DNA from: a virus | Taxonomy: Duplodnaviria > Caudoviricetes | DNA length: 64,000 nt | IMG/VR virus record: IMGVR_UViG_3300026165_000001 | Span: 1-64,000 of that record | Direction: 5' to 3' (one strand) | Shown here: positions 16,203 through 24,981 of the stretch, in pieces | Numbering within the stretch: position 1 is the first letter of the stretch | How the letters are laid out: each line of letters starts with the position of its first letter | Notes under the pieces: generated by a model | What the model saw: only the letters and a program-made list of their open reading frames with translations | What the model was told of the DNA's origin: nothing | Databases searched by the model: none | Translations under genes and position numbers: made by a program

Positions 16203-18647
16203 TTATAGAGCGCCGGTGTTGACAATACGGATTGGAATGTAGATGAATTCCACCGCCTTGGTCGGAGCAATTGCTACGTCAATATATAGTTCGTTGCGGT
16301 CGATTCGAATCGGTGTATTGTTTGATTCGTCACATACAACCGCAAAGTCAGTGAGTGCTCTCTTGGTTAGCAAGTCGCTTAGGAAGCTTTCGAACAATTG
16401 GACGGCACGTTGACGTGTCAATGTGTCGTTCTGTTCAAAGAGCAGCGGACGTGCAATCTCGTCGAAACGCTCACGTAGGTAAGCAACGAGACGTGCTACG
16501 TTGACTCGATCCAATGCGCTGCTGGTTGAATGCAGGGTCTTCTGACCAAACACAACTACACCCTCTAGAGGGAATTGAGCAATTGGGTTCATCTTGTTCA
16601 AGTATAGTGCGTCACGCTGGCCTTGGCTAAGTGATACTGCCTTGAATTCTTCTTCTGTTGTGATGTAACCAACTGCGCTACCGTTCTGCACGACACCACG
16701 CGTCAAGCCTGCTGGAGCAAACCATGGATAGCTGATGTTGTCGTTGTATGCGTAGGTGTAGAGCACCATGTGACTTGCTGGAACGGTTACTGTGGTTCCG
16801 GCTGGTGTTGTTGAACGCCCAGCTGGGTAATAAACCGCACTGTAGGTGTTCTTTGTAACAAGACCTTCATCACCGTTTTCTGTTGCGCCAGTGCCTTGGA
16901 CCCAGTTAACAGCTTCTGTTGGTGTGAGACGCATTGGAGTATCAATAATGATAAATCCTGTTTCGCCACGGTCGCTGTTAAGCGTTACCAACTCGTCTGT
17001 TAGTTCTGGGAAGTTTGGAGCCGCAAGTAGGGTGAAGTTACGATTTGGATCACGTAGATCTTCGTTACCTGCTACTGCTGCTTGCATTGCTGTTGCAATA
17101 ACTTTACGTTGTGCCAAACGACTAAACACGCCGCTGCCATTGGCATTATTTGCGGCAGCATTGGTCCAAGCATCAACAGTTGATGCTCCACCGTTGATTG
17201 AAACGCCTTCAGTCCATACACGAACTGTTCCGCTTGACAGCGCCATGTTGACAGCTAGCATGTTGGTTGGGTATAGTGCTTCATCTGGTGCTGAATCAAA
17301 GTCAGTGCTGTTTGAATCGTGTGCGGCACCTGCTGTGATTGTGCTGTCTGCTGTGAAGTCAGCGAACAATACACCACGGTCTGTGGTTTGGTCTGTGTTG
17401 TCATATAGCAACCAGTTTGAACCATCATAACGGTAAAGCTTGGGATATTCAGCTTCTGTTCCATCTGTTTCAACCCAAATGTCGTCTGTGCTTGGTGAAG
17501 TTGGCTCTATTGTTGAGTATGTTACGTCTGCTGAATCAATACGTAGCCAATCTGTTCCGTCATTGATGTAAAGATCAAGATCTGTAACAGTTGGATCATA
17601 CCAATATGTTCCTGCAACTGGATCTCCAGTTGGCTCAGCTGCCTGTGCATATACTTCTTCAGCAATCGCACTGGCTGTGGTATCAACTTCTTCGATCTCA
17701 AAACCAGCATTTGCGGCTGTAAAGTTGAGTGCAATATTACCATCGGTCATGTCATTAATGATGTCTGTTGCGCTTGTTCCATCTTGTGCGACGTAAGTTG
17801 TGCCGCCGTCGTTTGAAACACCTTCAACCTCAACAAGGCTGAAAACACCCAGGCTATTTGACTGATAGATGACAAGATTAACACCATTACCTGGTGACGT
17901 AGTCTTGACCCAAATGTCGTCTGCTGCTGGTGATGATGGGCTGCTATAGTGTGGAGCATATGTTACTGCTGTGGCTGCTAGGTCAGCAATGTTTGCTGTG
18001 TCAACACTTTCCCATGCTGAACCGTCACTATAGAAATAACCAATTGCAAATCCAGTTGAGCCATCACTTAGCACGGCAACTAGGAAGTCTCCTGCTGCGC
18101 CCACGGTGGTTGATGGTGTATATGACTTAGGGTCAGAAACTTCACCGCTGGCAGCGGCAAGATCAACCTCAACGGTTACAGTTTGTAGGACCCATGCTGA
18201 GCCGCTCCAAACGTGGATACCATATGAGCTAGCGTCAGTGTCTAGCCAAAACTGGTTGCCATTTGCTGGTCCAGTTGGTGCTGTTTCGCTTGATTCAAGT
18301 CCTGCAAGGTCAACGTCTGCACGGACAACGTATGCTTGTGAGCCTTGTCCTAGATAACTGTATGCAGCTAGGAGACCATATTCGCTTGTCTCTGCACCTT
18401 CAGTGGCTGCAAAGGTCGGGTCTCCGAAAAATTGGGTTAGTTCTCTCTGTGATGTTACTGGAACAACAAGATTGGCATTAGCTGCCTTTGTGTATTTTGC
18501 GATGCCATCAGTTTCTGTTCCTGTTGGATCTGTCTTGTCTTGTGCTGTAGCAACAATGACTAGAGGAATTGTGCCAGAACCCGGGCTGGCATATGCGCTT
18601 TCGTCAACAACTGTTACGTCAACGCCTGGTGATACTAGTGTAGCCAT
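16203..18647 (-). CDS. gp18: Tail sheath protein (gp18-like)
   Basis: MATLVSPGVDVTVVDES N-terminus; PWFAPAGLTRG, RDALYLNKMNPI, ALDRVNVARL, PTKAVEFIYIP. Confidence 0.95.
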   Translation of the reverse strand: MATLVSPGVDVTVVDESAYASPGSGTIPLVIVATAQDKTDPTGTETDGIAKYTKAANANLVVPVTSQRELTQFFGDPTFAATEGAETSEYGLLAAYSYLGQGSQAYVVRADVDLAGLESSETAPTGPANGNQFWLDTDASSYGIHVWSGSAWVLQTVTVEVDLAAASGEVSDPKSYTPSTTVGAAGDFLVAVLSDGSTGFAIGYFYSDGSAWESVDTANIADLAATAVTYAPHYSSPSSPAADDIWVKTTSPGNGVNLVIYQSNSLGVFSLVEVEGVSNDGGTTYVAQDGTSATDIINDMTDGNIALNFTAANAGFEIEEVDTTASAIAEEVYAQAAEPTGDPVAGTYWYDPTVTDLDLYINDGTDWLRIDSADVTYSTIEPTSPSTDDIWVETDGTEAEYPKLYRYDGSNWLLYDNTDQTTDRGVLFADFTADSTITAGAAHDSNSTDFDSAPDEALYPTNMLAVNMALSSGTVRVWTEGVSINGGASTVDAWTNAAANNANGSGVFSRLAQRKVIATAMQAAVAGNEDLRDPNRNFTLLAAPNFPELTDELVTLNSDRGETGFIIIDTPMRLTPTEAVNWVQGTGATENGDEGLVTKNTYSAVYYPAGRSTTPAGTTVTVPASHMVLYTYAYNDNISYPWFAPAGLTRGVVQNGSAVGYITTEEEFKAVSLSQGQRDALYLNKMNPIAQFPLEGVVVFGQKTLHSTSSALDRVNVARLVAYLRERFDEIARPLLFEQNDTLTRQRAVQLFESFLSDLLTKRALTDFAVVCDESNNTPIRIDRNELYIDVAIAPTKAVEFIYIPIRIVNTGAL

Positions 18648-18738
18648 GTATGATCTCCTGTCAAAGCTTATATTTTTGCTCTGCCAGTATTTATTGGGCG
18701 GCTACTTATCTGGGGTGGTTACGGTGATAACTACGTGC

Positions 18739-19365
18739 TTAATTACCTACTGCGCGTTCAACATGCTTTTTTAGTTCTGATAGATCACCGTCGTTTGGTA
18801 TCGTTTTTTCAAACTCTGTGGCATAATCCAACCAGCGCCATTCGCTCTCGTGGATTTCTGGATAATCTCGCATCCAATCAGTGTCATAACGATTGTCAGA
18901 AATTGCTTTCTGAACCCATTCTGGATCAGGGCCACGTTTAACACGCCACACCTCGCCATTCATCTTGCGAATGAGATCGCGTTCGTTATAAAATCGAACG
19001 TCAGGTATCACATAATTTGTTTGGGGATTTTGTTCAAGCACCTGCTTGACCATGAGGACCCAGATTTGACCATCAAGTCCTCGACGCATACAATCTGTGC
19101 CCACGCGCTGCATGACCAATCTTGGAGTGAGATCATATCCAAGTTCTTGGCTCCACCACGGATCTGGTGTTTCTCGCCACTCACGACTATCAGGTGTATC
19201 ACCCTCAACCATGCCACGATCCCAACCAAAGAGGGTGGAAACTGTGTCTTTCAGCCTATCTGCATAACTGAGTTTTGTAAATCCATAATCTTCAACTAAA
19301 ATGTCGCCCACTGTGCCTTTACCACAACCGATAAAGCCACAGACACCAATAATTCTTCTTTTCAT
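18739..19365 (-). CDS. Deoxynucleoside monophosphate kinase
   Basis: IIGVCGFIGCGKGTV P-loop; TPRLVMQRVGTD; IPDVRFYNE. Confidence 0.9.
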   Translation of the reverse strand: MKRRIIGVCGFIGCGKGTVGDILVEDYGFTKLSYADRLKDTVSTLFGWDRGMVEGDTPDSREWRETPDPWWSQELGYDLTPRLVMQRVGTDCMRRGLDGQIWVLMVKQVLEQNPQTNYVIPDVRFYNERDLIRKMNGEVWRVKRGPDPEWVQKAISDNRYDTDWMRDYPEIHESEWRWLDYATEFEKTIPNDGDLSELKKHVERAVGN

Positions 19366-19386
19366 TTGATCTCCAGAGTATTCATA

Positions 19387-19415
19387 CTTATAGCATGAAA
19401 ACTCTTAAAAATCAA
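19387..19415 (-). promoter_or_regulatory. Sigma70-type promoter (extended -10) for the dNMP kinase
   Basis: TTGATT-N17-TATAAG with TGC immediately before the -10. Confidence 0.55.
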
Positions 19416-19419
19416 TCAC

Positions 19420-19680
19420 TTATTGTCTTTCAAGTTTTCTCATGAGGGCTTGCTGGTTTCGTTCATCAATACGCTCAGTAAGCCTATCTACCTCGGATTC
19501 AGTTCCTCTCAGAATGTCACGAGTCAAACCCATGATGACTATTTGCTCATCTTCGGAAAGTTCGCCAGTCTGCTTACAATACCATTCCTTGAATTCATCA
19601 ACAAGGCGAAGAGCTTGAGCTCGCTTCAATTTCATGCGTCGAAGATCATTCATGTTTTTTTCAAATTCTGTCTCTGTCAT
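19420..19680 (-). CDS. Hypothetical protein
   Basis: Coupled ORF in the early cluster. Confidence 0.7.
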   Translation of the reverse strand: MTETEFEKNMNDLRRMKLKRAQALRLVDEFKEWYCKQTGELSEDEQIVIMGLTRDILRGTESEVDRLTERIDERNQQALMRKLERQ

Positions 19681-19937
19681 GATTCCAACTTGTTCATTGC
19701 TTCATCTTGTCCTAATTGATCGATCATTTTTTCCAGAGCCTGTGGAAAATGATCGACCATCATTGAATCGTCAGGCAAACTTGTGTAAAGCGAGTTAAGA
19801 AAATAGATCATGAAGCCGTCACGCTTTGCTAGCGCCATAACGTCGGGCGATCGCTTTTCAATAAGCTTGGCTTCTTTGTGCAATCTTTCAACCAGTTCGC
19901 AAACTAGGGCGGCACGAGGATCATCATATCTCATCAA
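19677..19937 (-). CDS. Hypothetical protein
   Basis: Coupled ORF. Its C-terminus resembles those of its neighbours (MNKLES / MRKLER / MKKLSE). Confidence 0.7.
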   Translation of the reverse strand: MMRYDDPRAALVCELVERLHKEAKLIEKRSPDVMALAKRDGFMIYFLNSLYTSLPDDSMMVDHFPQALEKMIDQLGQDEAMNKLES

Positions 19938-20091
19938 AAGGTCGTCCTTTGTGCTTGCGCTTTCGATCTATTTTTGTCTCACGCTTGTCAGGAATGGTCC
20001 GTTGGGTGAACCCGCTGCGAGGATCCCTCAAAGTAGCCGCAACTGGGTTGCGGCCTTTGGGCATCTTGATTTTTGCAGGTTTCTGTGCCAT
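19924..20091 (-). CDS. ArfA-like small basic protein (55 aa)
   Basis: RNPVAATLRDPRSGFTQR...DRKRKHKG resembles the ArfA pattern N..A.L.DP.F.QR...RK.KH. Confidence 0.5.
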   Translation of the reverse strand: MAQKPAKIKMPKGRNPVAATLRDPRSGFTQRTIPDKRETKIDRKRKHKGRPFDEI

Positions 20092-20098
20092 GGCGTTA

Positions 20099-20368
20099 TT
20101 AATCGTTCCTAATCTCACCGGTTTCCAGGTCCAAAACGATAACCTGATAGTTGGGACCGGCACCAGCGCCGACCGTAACCTCTGTGGGGTTCTCAACGTC
20201 AGAGATTGCAGTGCAGTCAACAACGTCGTTTCCTTGCCAGATCAACATGGATCCTTCAACGTCATATCCCATGTCCCAGGCTTCTGCGCTGGTAACAGTT
20301 CGATATTCTTTGCGGTCCCACGCAAGGGCTACAAGTGACGCAACATGAAATTTCTCGAAAATAGTCAT
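20099..20368 (-). CDS. Hypothetical protein
   Basis: Start MTIFEKFH with SD AAGGA; the 3' part of track ORF 20099..20620. Confidence 0.65.
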   Translation of the reverse strand: MTIFEKFHVASLVALAWDRKEYRTVTSAEAWDMGYDVEGSMLIWQGNDVVDCTAISDVENPTEVTVGAGAGPNYQVIVLDLETGEIRND

Positions 20369-20378
20369 TTTCCAATCC

Positions 20379-20723
20379 TTACATGTAAAGCGGGCCAGTC
20401 CACTGGATGGTGTAGCCACCATCAAGGACGTTGCCACGGCTGTGGTTGCGGGCCGGAGCGTTGTAGCCAGCAGCCATAAGGATGGTGCCCTTGGGGAACT
20501 TCTTGTCCGTGTCAGTGGCAACAATAAAGCCCCAAACGCTGCGGTTGGAAACAATCTTGATATACTTCCGACCAGGGAGGACTTCAAAGCCGGCGTTGAA
20601 CTCTGCGACCATCTGTTCATTGATCTCAGTCAATTCGTCTTTGCCACGCAGGGTGTAGGTCAGGTAGTCCGCCTTGATGGCTTCAACCAGGGCGTCTACT
20701 GCGTTGTCGAGCGTCATTTCCAT
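20379..20723 (-). CDS. Conserved phage early protein
   Basis: GRKYIKIV...SVWGFI...KGTILMAAGYNAPARNHSRGNV. Follows early cassette copy 2. Confidence 0.8.
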   Translation of the reverse strand: MEMTLDNAVDALVEAIKADYLTYTLRGKDELTEINEQMVAEFNAGFEVLPGRKYIKIVSNRSVWGFIVATDTDKKFPKGTILMAAGYNAPARNHSRGNVLDGGYTIQWTGPLYM

Positions 20724-20730
20724 CGTGTAT

Positions 20731-20780
20731 CTCCTTTGCTTACTCATATAATATAAGCAAAAAGCCTTGGTTTGTCTACC
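20731..20780 (-). promoter_or_regulatory. Early promoter/RBS cassette, copy 2
   Basis: TAGACA-N17-TATATT, TTGCTTA-N11-TAAGCAA, AGGAG. Confidence 0.8.
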
Positions 20781-20816
20781 AGAAAGTGAAACTAATTTTT
20801 CTTGGTCTTCAATAAC

Positions 20817-21089
20817 TTAAAGATTTTCTGAAAGTTTTTTCATCATGCTTTCATTTACATAATCTTGTTGATCCTCAATGAGGTTAGACAATTCCACAAG
20901 ATCTGTGGTGTTGACAACATCCTCAACTATCTGACTACGTTTCATGACACCATTACGTATTTCATCCCGACTAAGATATGGATAGTGCCATATCAGAGCC
21001 TCTTCAATCGCTTTAATCGCCTGTTTCTGAAGCACAGCAACCTGAGTCATATATTCGTCGTAAAGGTTTTCTTGTTTTTCAGTCAGCAT
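20817..21089 (-). CDS. Hypothetical protein
   Basis: 90-aa ORF abutting the upstream gene. Confidence 0.7.
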   Translation of the reverse strand: MLTEKQENLYDEYMTQVAVLQKQAIKAIEEALIWHYPYLSRDEIRNGVMKRSQIVEDVVNTTDLVELSNLIEDQQDYVNESMMKKLSENL

Positions 21090-21533
21090 CTACTGCCTCC
21101 CAGCGCAAACAGGTCCGAGACCAGATTGAATACTTTCAGGGACAGTGAGTGTCCGTCCACACGCGCCACAAGTGCCGCTGTGGTAAAACTCAAGCTCTTG
21201 GGGCATCTTGCCAGCACAGACTTGCTTGAGTGTCCAGTTGAGGGCTTTGAAGCTTGCTGCATCAGGCTTGCCTTTGCGCCCAAAAAGCACTTGTCCAGAA
21301 CGACGAGTATCGATATAGCCGATGTATCCGTAATCAGTCTCGTTGTTGGGACCACGGAGCGCGCTGACAAAGCGGATGGTTGCATCCTTGTCACGCTTGC
21401 GGCTGATTTGGTAGGTAAAGCGGGCGCCGGTGCGTTTGCTGACAACAGTGAACAGGGCGCGGCCCGCATAGACAAAACGCTGGATGTCAGTGGGGTCGGT
21501 CATCTGGCCTTCAAAAAGATCGTCTTGCATCAC
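21090..21533 (-). CDS. Zn-ribbon (DUF6011-like) protein
   Basis: C-terminal CGACGRTLTVPESIQSGLGPVC. Confidence 0.75.
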   Translation of the reverse strand: MMQDDLFEGQMTDPTDIQRFVYAGRALFTVVSKRTGARFTYQISRKRDKDATIRFVSALRGPNNETDYGYIGYIDTRRSGQVLFGRKGKPDAASFKALNWTLKQVCAGKMPQELEFYHSGTCGACGRTLTVPESIQSGLGPVCAGRQ

Positions 21534-21539
21534 GTCCTC

Positions 21540-21851
21540 TTAGCGCAGGGTGGTGTGAAAGCCGGTTTCGGCGGTGAACAGCTCTTGCAGCATGTCAGCG
21601 TAAACACCTTCATGACGCGAGATCGTTTTCCACTCTAGCTTGCGGATACGACCAAACTCAACGTTATAGGTGTCGCTGCTGTGGTCATATTCAACACGCA
21701 GGCGGTTAGCGCGGTTTCGGGCGCCGGTGCCAAACTGTAGGGCAAGTCCACCATCACCGCTGAGAGCAACCATGTTCTTGCCACCTACCATCAGTAAAAA
21801 CTGACGTCCACCCATCTGGTCGAGAATGGTTTGGGCAACTTGATTGGACAT
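21540..21851 (-). CDS. Conserved phage early protein
   Basis: VAQTILDQMGGRQF...DTYNVEF...VYADMLQELFTAETGFHTTL. Follows early cassette copy 3. Confidence 0.8.
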   Translation of the reverse strand: MSNQVAQTILDQMGGRQFLLMVGGKNMVALSGDGGLALQFGTGARNRANRLRVEYDHSSDTYNVEFGRIRKLEWKTISRHEGVYADMLQELFTAETGFHTTLR

Positions 21852-21856
21852 AATAT

Positions 21857-21906
21857 CTCCTTTGCTTACCCTACCAATATAAGCAATGTGCCTTGGTTTG
21901 TCAACC
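21857..21906 (-). promoter_or_regulatory. Early promoter/RBS cassette, copy 3
   Basis: TTGACA-N17-TATATT, TTGCTTA-N11-TAAGCAA, AGGAG. Confidence 0.85.
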
Positions 21907-22089
21907 AGAAATATAAGGTTCTTTGCCTTTGGGACGATACCACGTTTTTTGCTGGTGTAGCTTGCCTAGCATGTCGTTAAGCAGACGCTTGCGATCTGGG
22001 CTGTCTGTAGCTGATAGCTGCTGCCGAAGTGCAGACTCAATGATTTCAAGATCTTCAAGATCAAGTTCAAAATATCGATTATAAGTCAT
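21901..22089 (-). CDS. Hypothetical protein
   Basis: 62 aa (FELDLEDLEIIESAL...LGKLHQQKTWYRPK). Confidence 0.7.
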   Translation of the reverse strand: MTYNRYFELDLEDLEIIESALRQQLSATDSPDRKRLLNDMLGKLHQQKTWYRPKGKEPYISG

Positions 22090-22094
22090 GGTTA

Positions 22095-22823
22095 TCAGTT
22101 ATCTTTAGGTAGTTTTTTTGGGTTTATCACTGTTCGGCTAGGATCTGATGGAGCAGGAGCAGTCCATCCCAAGGATTTCATTTTTTCCCATGCTGCTTTT
22201 GCTGCGGGCTGTTGGAGTCCACTAGCATGGAGAAGAAGGCCTTGCTTGTCAAGCCATTTGGCTGCTTCTTGATACATAGCCAGGGCGATTCGCTGTCTTT
22301 GGAAGTCCTCATTGACTCTAATATAATCAACAAGAGGCTTGTCTACATGAAATTTCTTAAATTTTTGGAATTCTTGAGCATTATTCTTATTCAGTTTTGG
22401 ATCATCAACCATTTCCAAATAATGATCCAAGGTTTCACTATCCATGTCTTTGATCTTGCTTTGATCTGACCAAGCAAGATCCCACCCTTGTGTTCTCGGA
22501 ACATATCGACCCAAAATTGTGTATGTCACTAGTGTTTTTTTGACTTCGTCAGGCATATTACGCCAATGTGTTCCAACTAGTTCTCGTGGTATGTATTGTT
22601 TTAGAATATAATTAACCATTGATGGATATCTGGCATCAAATCGTTCTTTGGGAATGTATGATATTTTAAGGTAGCCAGCCTCCTTGCCATTGACTCGGGG
22701 GACCAGCTTGTGCACAATCCATTCACTATTAAAATTTCGATCTGATTCAGAATCCTGGTGTAACTCAAATTTAATATCGTCACCAGCTTTGGTCTTGTAT
22801 TCTACAATATCCTGAATACGCAT
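22095..22823 (-). CDS. GNAT-like protein with a capsid-targeting-like N-terminus
   Basis: N-terminus MRIQDIVE. VDYIRVNEDFQRQRIALAMY...QQPAAKAAWEK resemble GNAT motifs A/B. Confidence 0.65.
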   Translation of the reverse strand: MRIQDIVEYKTKAGDDIKFELHQDSESDRNFNSEWIVHKLVPRVNGKEAGYLKISYIPKERFDARYPSMVNYILKQYIPRELVGTHWRNMPDEVKKTLVTYTILGRYVPRTQGWDLAWSDQSKIKDMDSETLDHYLEMVDDPKLNKNNAQEFQKFKKFHVDKPLVDYIRVNEDFQRQRIALAMYQEAAKWLDKQGLLLHASGLQQPAAKAAWEKMKSLGWTAPAPSDPSRTVINPKKLPKDN

Positions 22824-22834
22824 TGTGAATCTAC

Positions 22835-23068
22835 TTAACTGCCTGGATAAATTTTAATCACGTCTTGCGGTTCTTGGCTGCCACCAATCGCTCTGTAAGC
22901 ATACTCTTCTTCAACTGAGATTCGGTCTGTTGGATCATAATATGTTTGTAAATGGTTGATCAGATCACCCACAGTCATTCCATCCAAGTCCACAATATCC
23001 AATCGTGAACCTTGAGTCTTTTTAGCTTCCTTAACACCCGCAAGAGCTTTTATTCTGTTAATATCCAT
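22835..23068 (-). CDS. Hypothetical protein with an RIxxLAG N-terminus
   Basis: N-terminus MDINRIKALAGVKE. Confidence 0.7.
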   Translation of the reverse strand: MDINRIKALAGVKEAKKTQGSRLDIVDLDGMTVGDLINHLQTYYDPTDRISVEEEYAYRAIGGSQEPQDVIKIYPGS

Positions 23069-23072
23069 AATC

Positions 23073-23813
23073 TTATCCTATAATGATTCCAAGCCCAGCA
23101 CTACCTTCTTTGTAGAGCTTGATATCTTCTTCTAGCTGAGCCATGGTTTCTGCTGCATCAGCTTTGAGTTGATCGCCATTTAGCGTAGTGCCTCCCTGTG
23201 GACCAGCAACAGTTGCAAACTTGCCACGAGCTTCGCCCAGCATGAACTTGCTCATAGCCAATGAATACTCTTTGATCCATGGAAGCGCATAGTGATCTAC
23301 AAACAAGTCGTCTTCTTCACGATATTGATAGACATGTGCGTATATAGGACGCGGATATCGTGGTCGACGGTGCAATATCAACTGGTGCTTGGTGCGGTTC
23401 CACGTATATGTGTATTCAGCACCGAACAAACGACCAAGGGTTTCGTGATATTGAGCTAGGAAGTCATACATAGCAAGTGTTCCGCTCTGTCCGCTTCCAT
23501 AGCCGCGCAGGAAGGTGTTCCAGTAGTTTGCTTCAAATGGTTCAAACTCAACACCGGTTGATGTTGTTCCGCTTACTCTTCCGTAAAGATCTTTTACGTC
23601 AATGATATTGTCTGGAAATGTGTATGTGTTGACATCTTCGGTAATCTCAAAAAAGTGAAAGTTTTCTTCGACAGCGTTCTCACTTCGTTGTCTATATTTT
23701 TCTAAGGCTTTGTCGATTGATAGTTCATAGTGCTCAGGGTCGAGTTCAACGTCAACCATCTGGCCACCAAGTCTCAACTCAATCTCTTTTGTGATTTTTG
23801 CGCGATCTGTCAT
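23073..23813 (-). CDS. gp13: Neck protein (gp13-like)
   Basis: LRLGGQMVDVEL...WIKEYSLA...GEARGKFATVAGPQGGTTLNG. Confidence 0.85.
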   Translation of the reverse strand: MTDRAKITKEIELRLGGQMVDVELDPEHYELSIDKALEKYRQRSENAVEENFHFFEITEDVNTYTFPDNIIDVKDLYGRVSGTTSTGVEFEPFEANYWNTFLRGYGSGQSGTLAMYDFLAQYHETLGRLFGAEYTYTWNRTKHQLILHRRPRYPRPIYAHVYQYREEDDLFVDHYALPWIKEYSLAMSKFMLGEARGKFATVAGPQGGTTLNGDQLKADAAETMAQLEEDIKLYKEGSAGLGIIIG

Positions 23814-23833
23814 AAAGTGCTCCTGCTGTCAGG

Positions 23834-23858
23834 TATTTATTGCGATACTGGATAAATA
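23834..23858. promoter_or_regulatory. Back-to-back late promoters (T4 TATAAATA-like, consensus nTAAATA)
   Basis: TATTTAT at 23834 (minus) and ATAAATA at 23852 (plus). The same motif precedes structural genes at 7923, 12620, 14265, 18688, 26330, 32901, 39056, 41364, 41396, 48659 and 54218. Confidence 0.8.
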
Positions 23859-23874
23859 CCCGAAAGGAATCGCT

Positions 23875-24981
23875 ATGCCTCGCCTCTCTATGTGGAGTCC
23901 AAATAAGACCAACGACTACAAGTTCTTTGACCGCACTATCCGCGAGCAGTTTCATGTTGGCGGGACGGGGGCAATTATTCACAAGTATGTTGGTCCTGAA
24001 GATGGACAACTATCAGATGATCCTAGTCGACCTGATTATCAAAACAATAATGTTATAAACGAAACAACTATACAAGACTTGCTGTTACTTGAAAATCGTG
24101 ACCGCAAGTATGACAAAGATCTATACGAATTGCGCGGCATTTATAATGTAAGCGATAACGACTTTGACCTCACACAATTTGGCCTATTCCTTACAAACGA
24201 CACACTATACATGACATTCCACCTTAATGAAATGGTTGAAGTTTTGGGACGTAAACTCATGAGTGGCGACGTTATTGAGTTGCCGCATCTTATCGAACAA
24301 TATGCTCTTGATGCAGACACGCCGCCCATTCCTAAATTCTATACTGTTAGTGATGGTAACAGAGGTGGTGAAGGTTTTAGTGCTACTTGGTGGCCACACA
24401 TTTGGCGTGCCAAGCTTGAACCAATTACTGACAGCCAAGAGTTTGACGATATCCTAGGAAATGCAGATGATGCCGACAGTATGAAGAATGTATTCAGCAC
24501 ATTTGCCAAAGAAATGGATATCACTGACGCTGTAGTTGAAAGTGCTGCGGGAAATGATCCTATTGGCGGCGCTACTCAGCTTGTAGATCATCTCTACAAC
24601 TATGTCAATGAACAAGGATATAATTGGGATCCTGGCGAGACTATAGCATCAGGCGATAATTTTCCAAGCACACCAAATCAAGGTGACTTCTACATACGCA
24701 CAGATTTTCGTCCAAACCGTCTCTTTGTTTACAGGGATACACGTTGGGTGAGACTATACGATAACATCGACGACCGCACTTGGAGCGATAGAACGTTCAA
24801 TGCTTCAACCTTTGTAAATAATATCGATACAGATGTAGCCACAGGGCGAGAATATAATTCACGCCAGAGCATTGAAGATGCGATTCGTCCACGAGCAGAT
24901 TATGATGGCAACGCGGATGTTGATCTGGATGAAAGTTTTGATGTTAGTTTCAATAACAAAGATTTTGGAAATGATCCATAA
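23875..24981 (+). CDS. Neck/head-closure protein (gp14-like)
   Basis: Start MPRLSMW with SD AAGGA; IQDLLLLENRDRKYD...FDLTQFGLFL...GDVIELPHL; located between gp13 and gp15. Confidence 0.7.
   Translation: MPRLSMWSPNKTNDYKFFDRTIREQFHVGGTGAIIHKYVGPEDGQLSDDPSRPDYQNNNVINETTIQDLLLLENRDRKYDKDLYELRGIYNVSDNDFDLTQFGLFLTNDTLYMTFHLNEMVEVLGRKLMSGDVIELPHLIEQYALDADTPPIPKFYTVSDGNRGGEGFSATWWPHIWRAKLEPITDSQEFDDILGNADDADSMKNVFSTFAKEMDITDAVVESAAGNDPIGGATQLVDHLYNYVNEQGYNWDPGETIASGDNFPSTPNQGDFYIRTDFRPNRLFVYRDTRWVRLYDNIDDRTWSDRTFNASTFVNNIDTDVATGREYNSRQSIEDAIRPRADYDGNADVDLDESFDVSFNNKDFGNDP

Noticed and set aside
20865-21638. Long antisense ORFs in the track (e.g. 20865..21638, 36091..36777, 16846..17430, 39489..40019)
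   Set aside because: They are shadows of well-supported opposite-strand genes and lack SD or promoter support.
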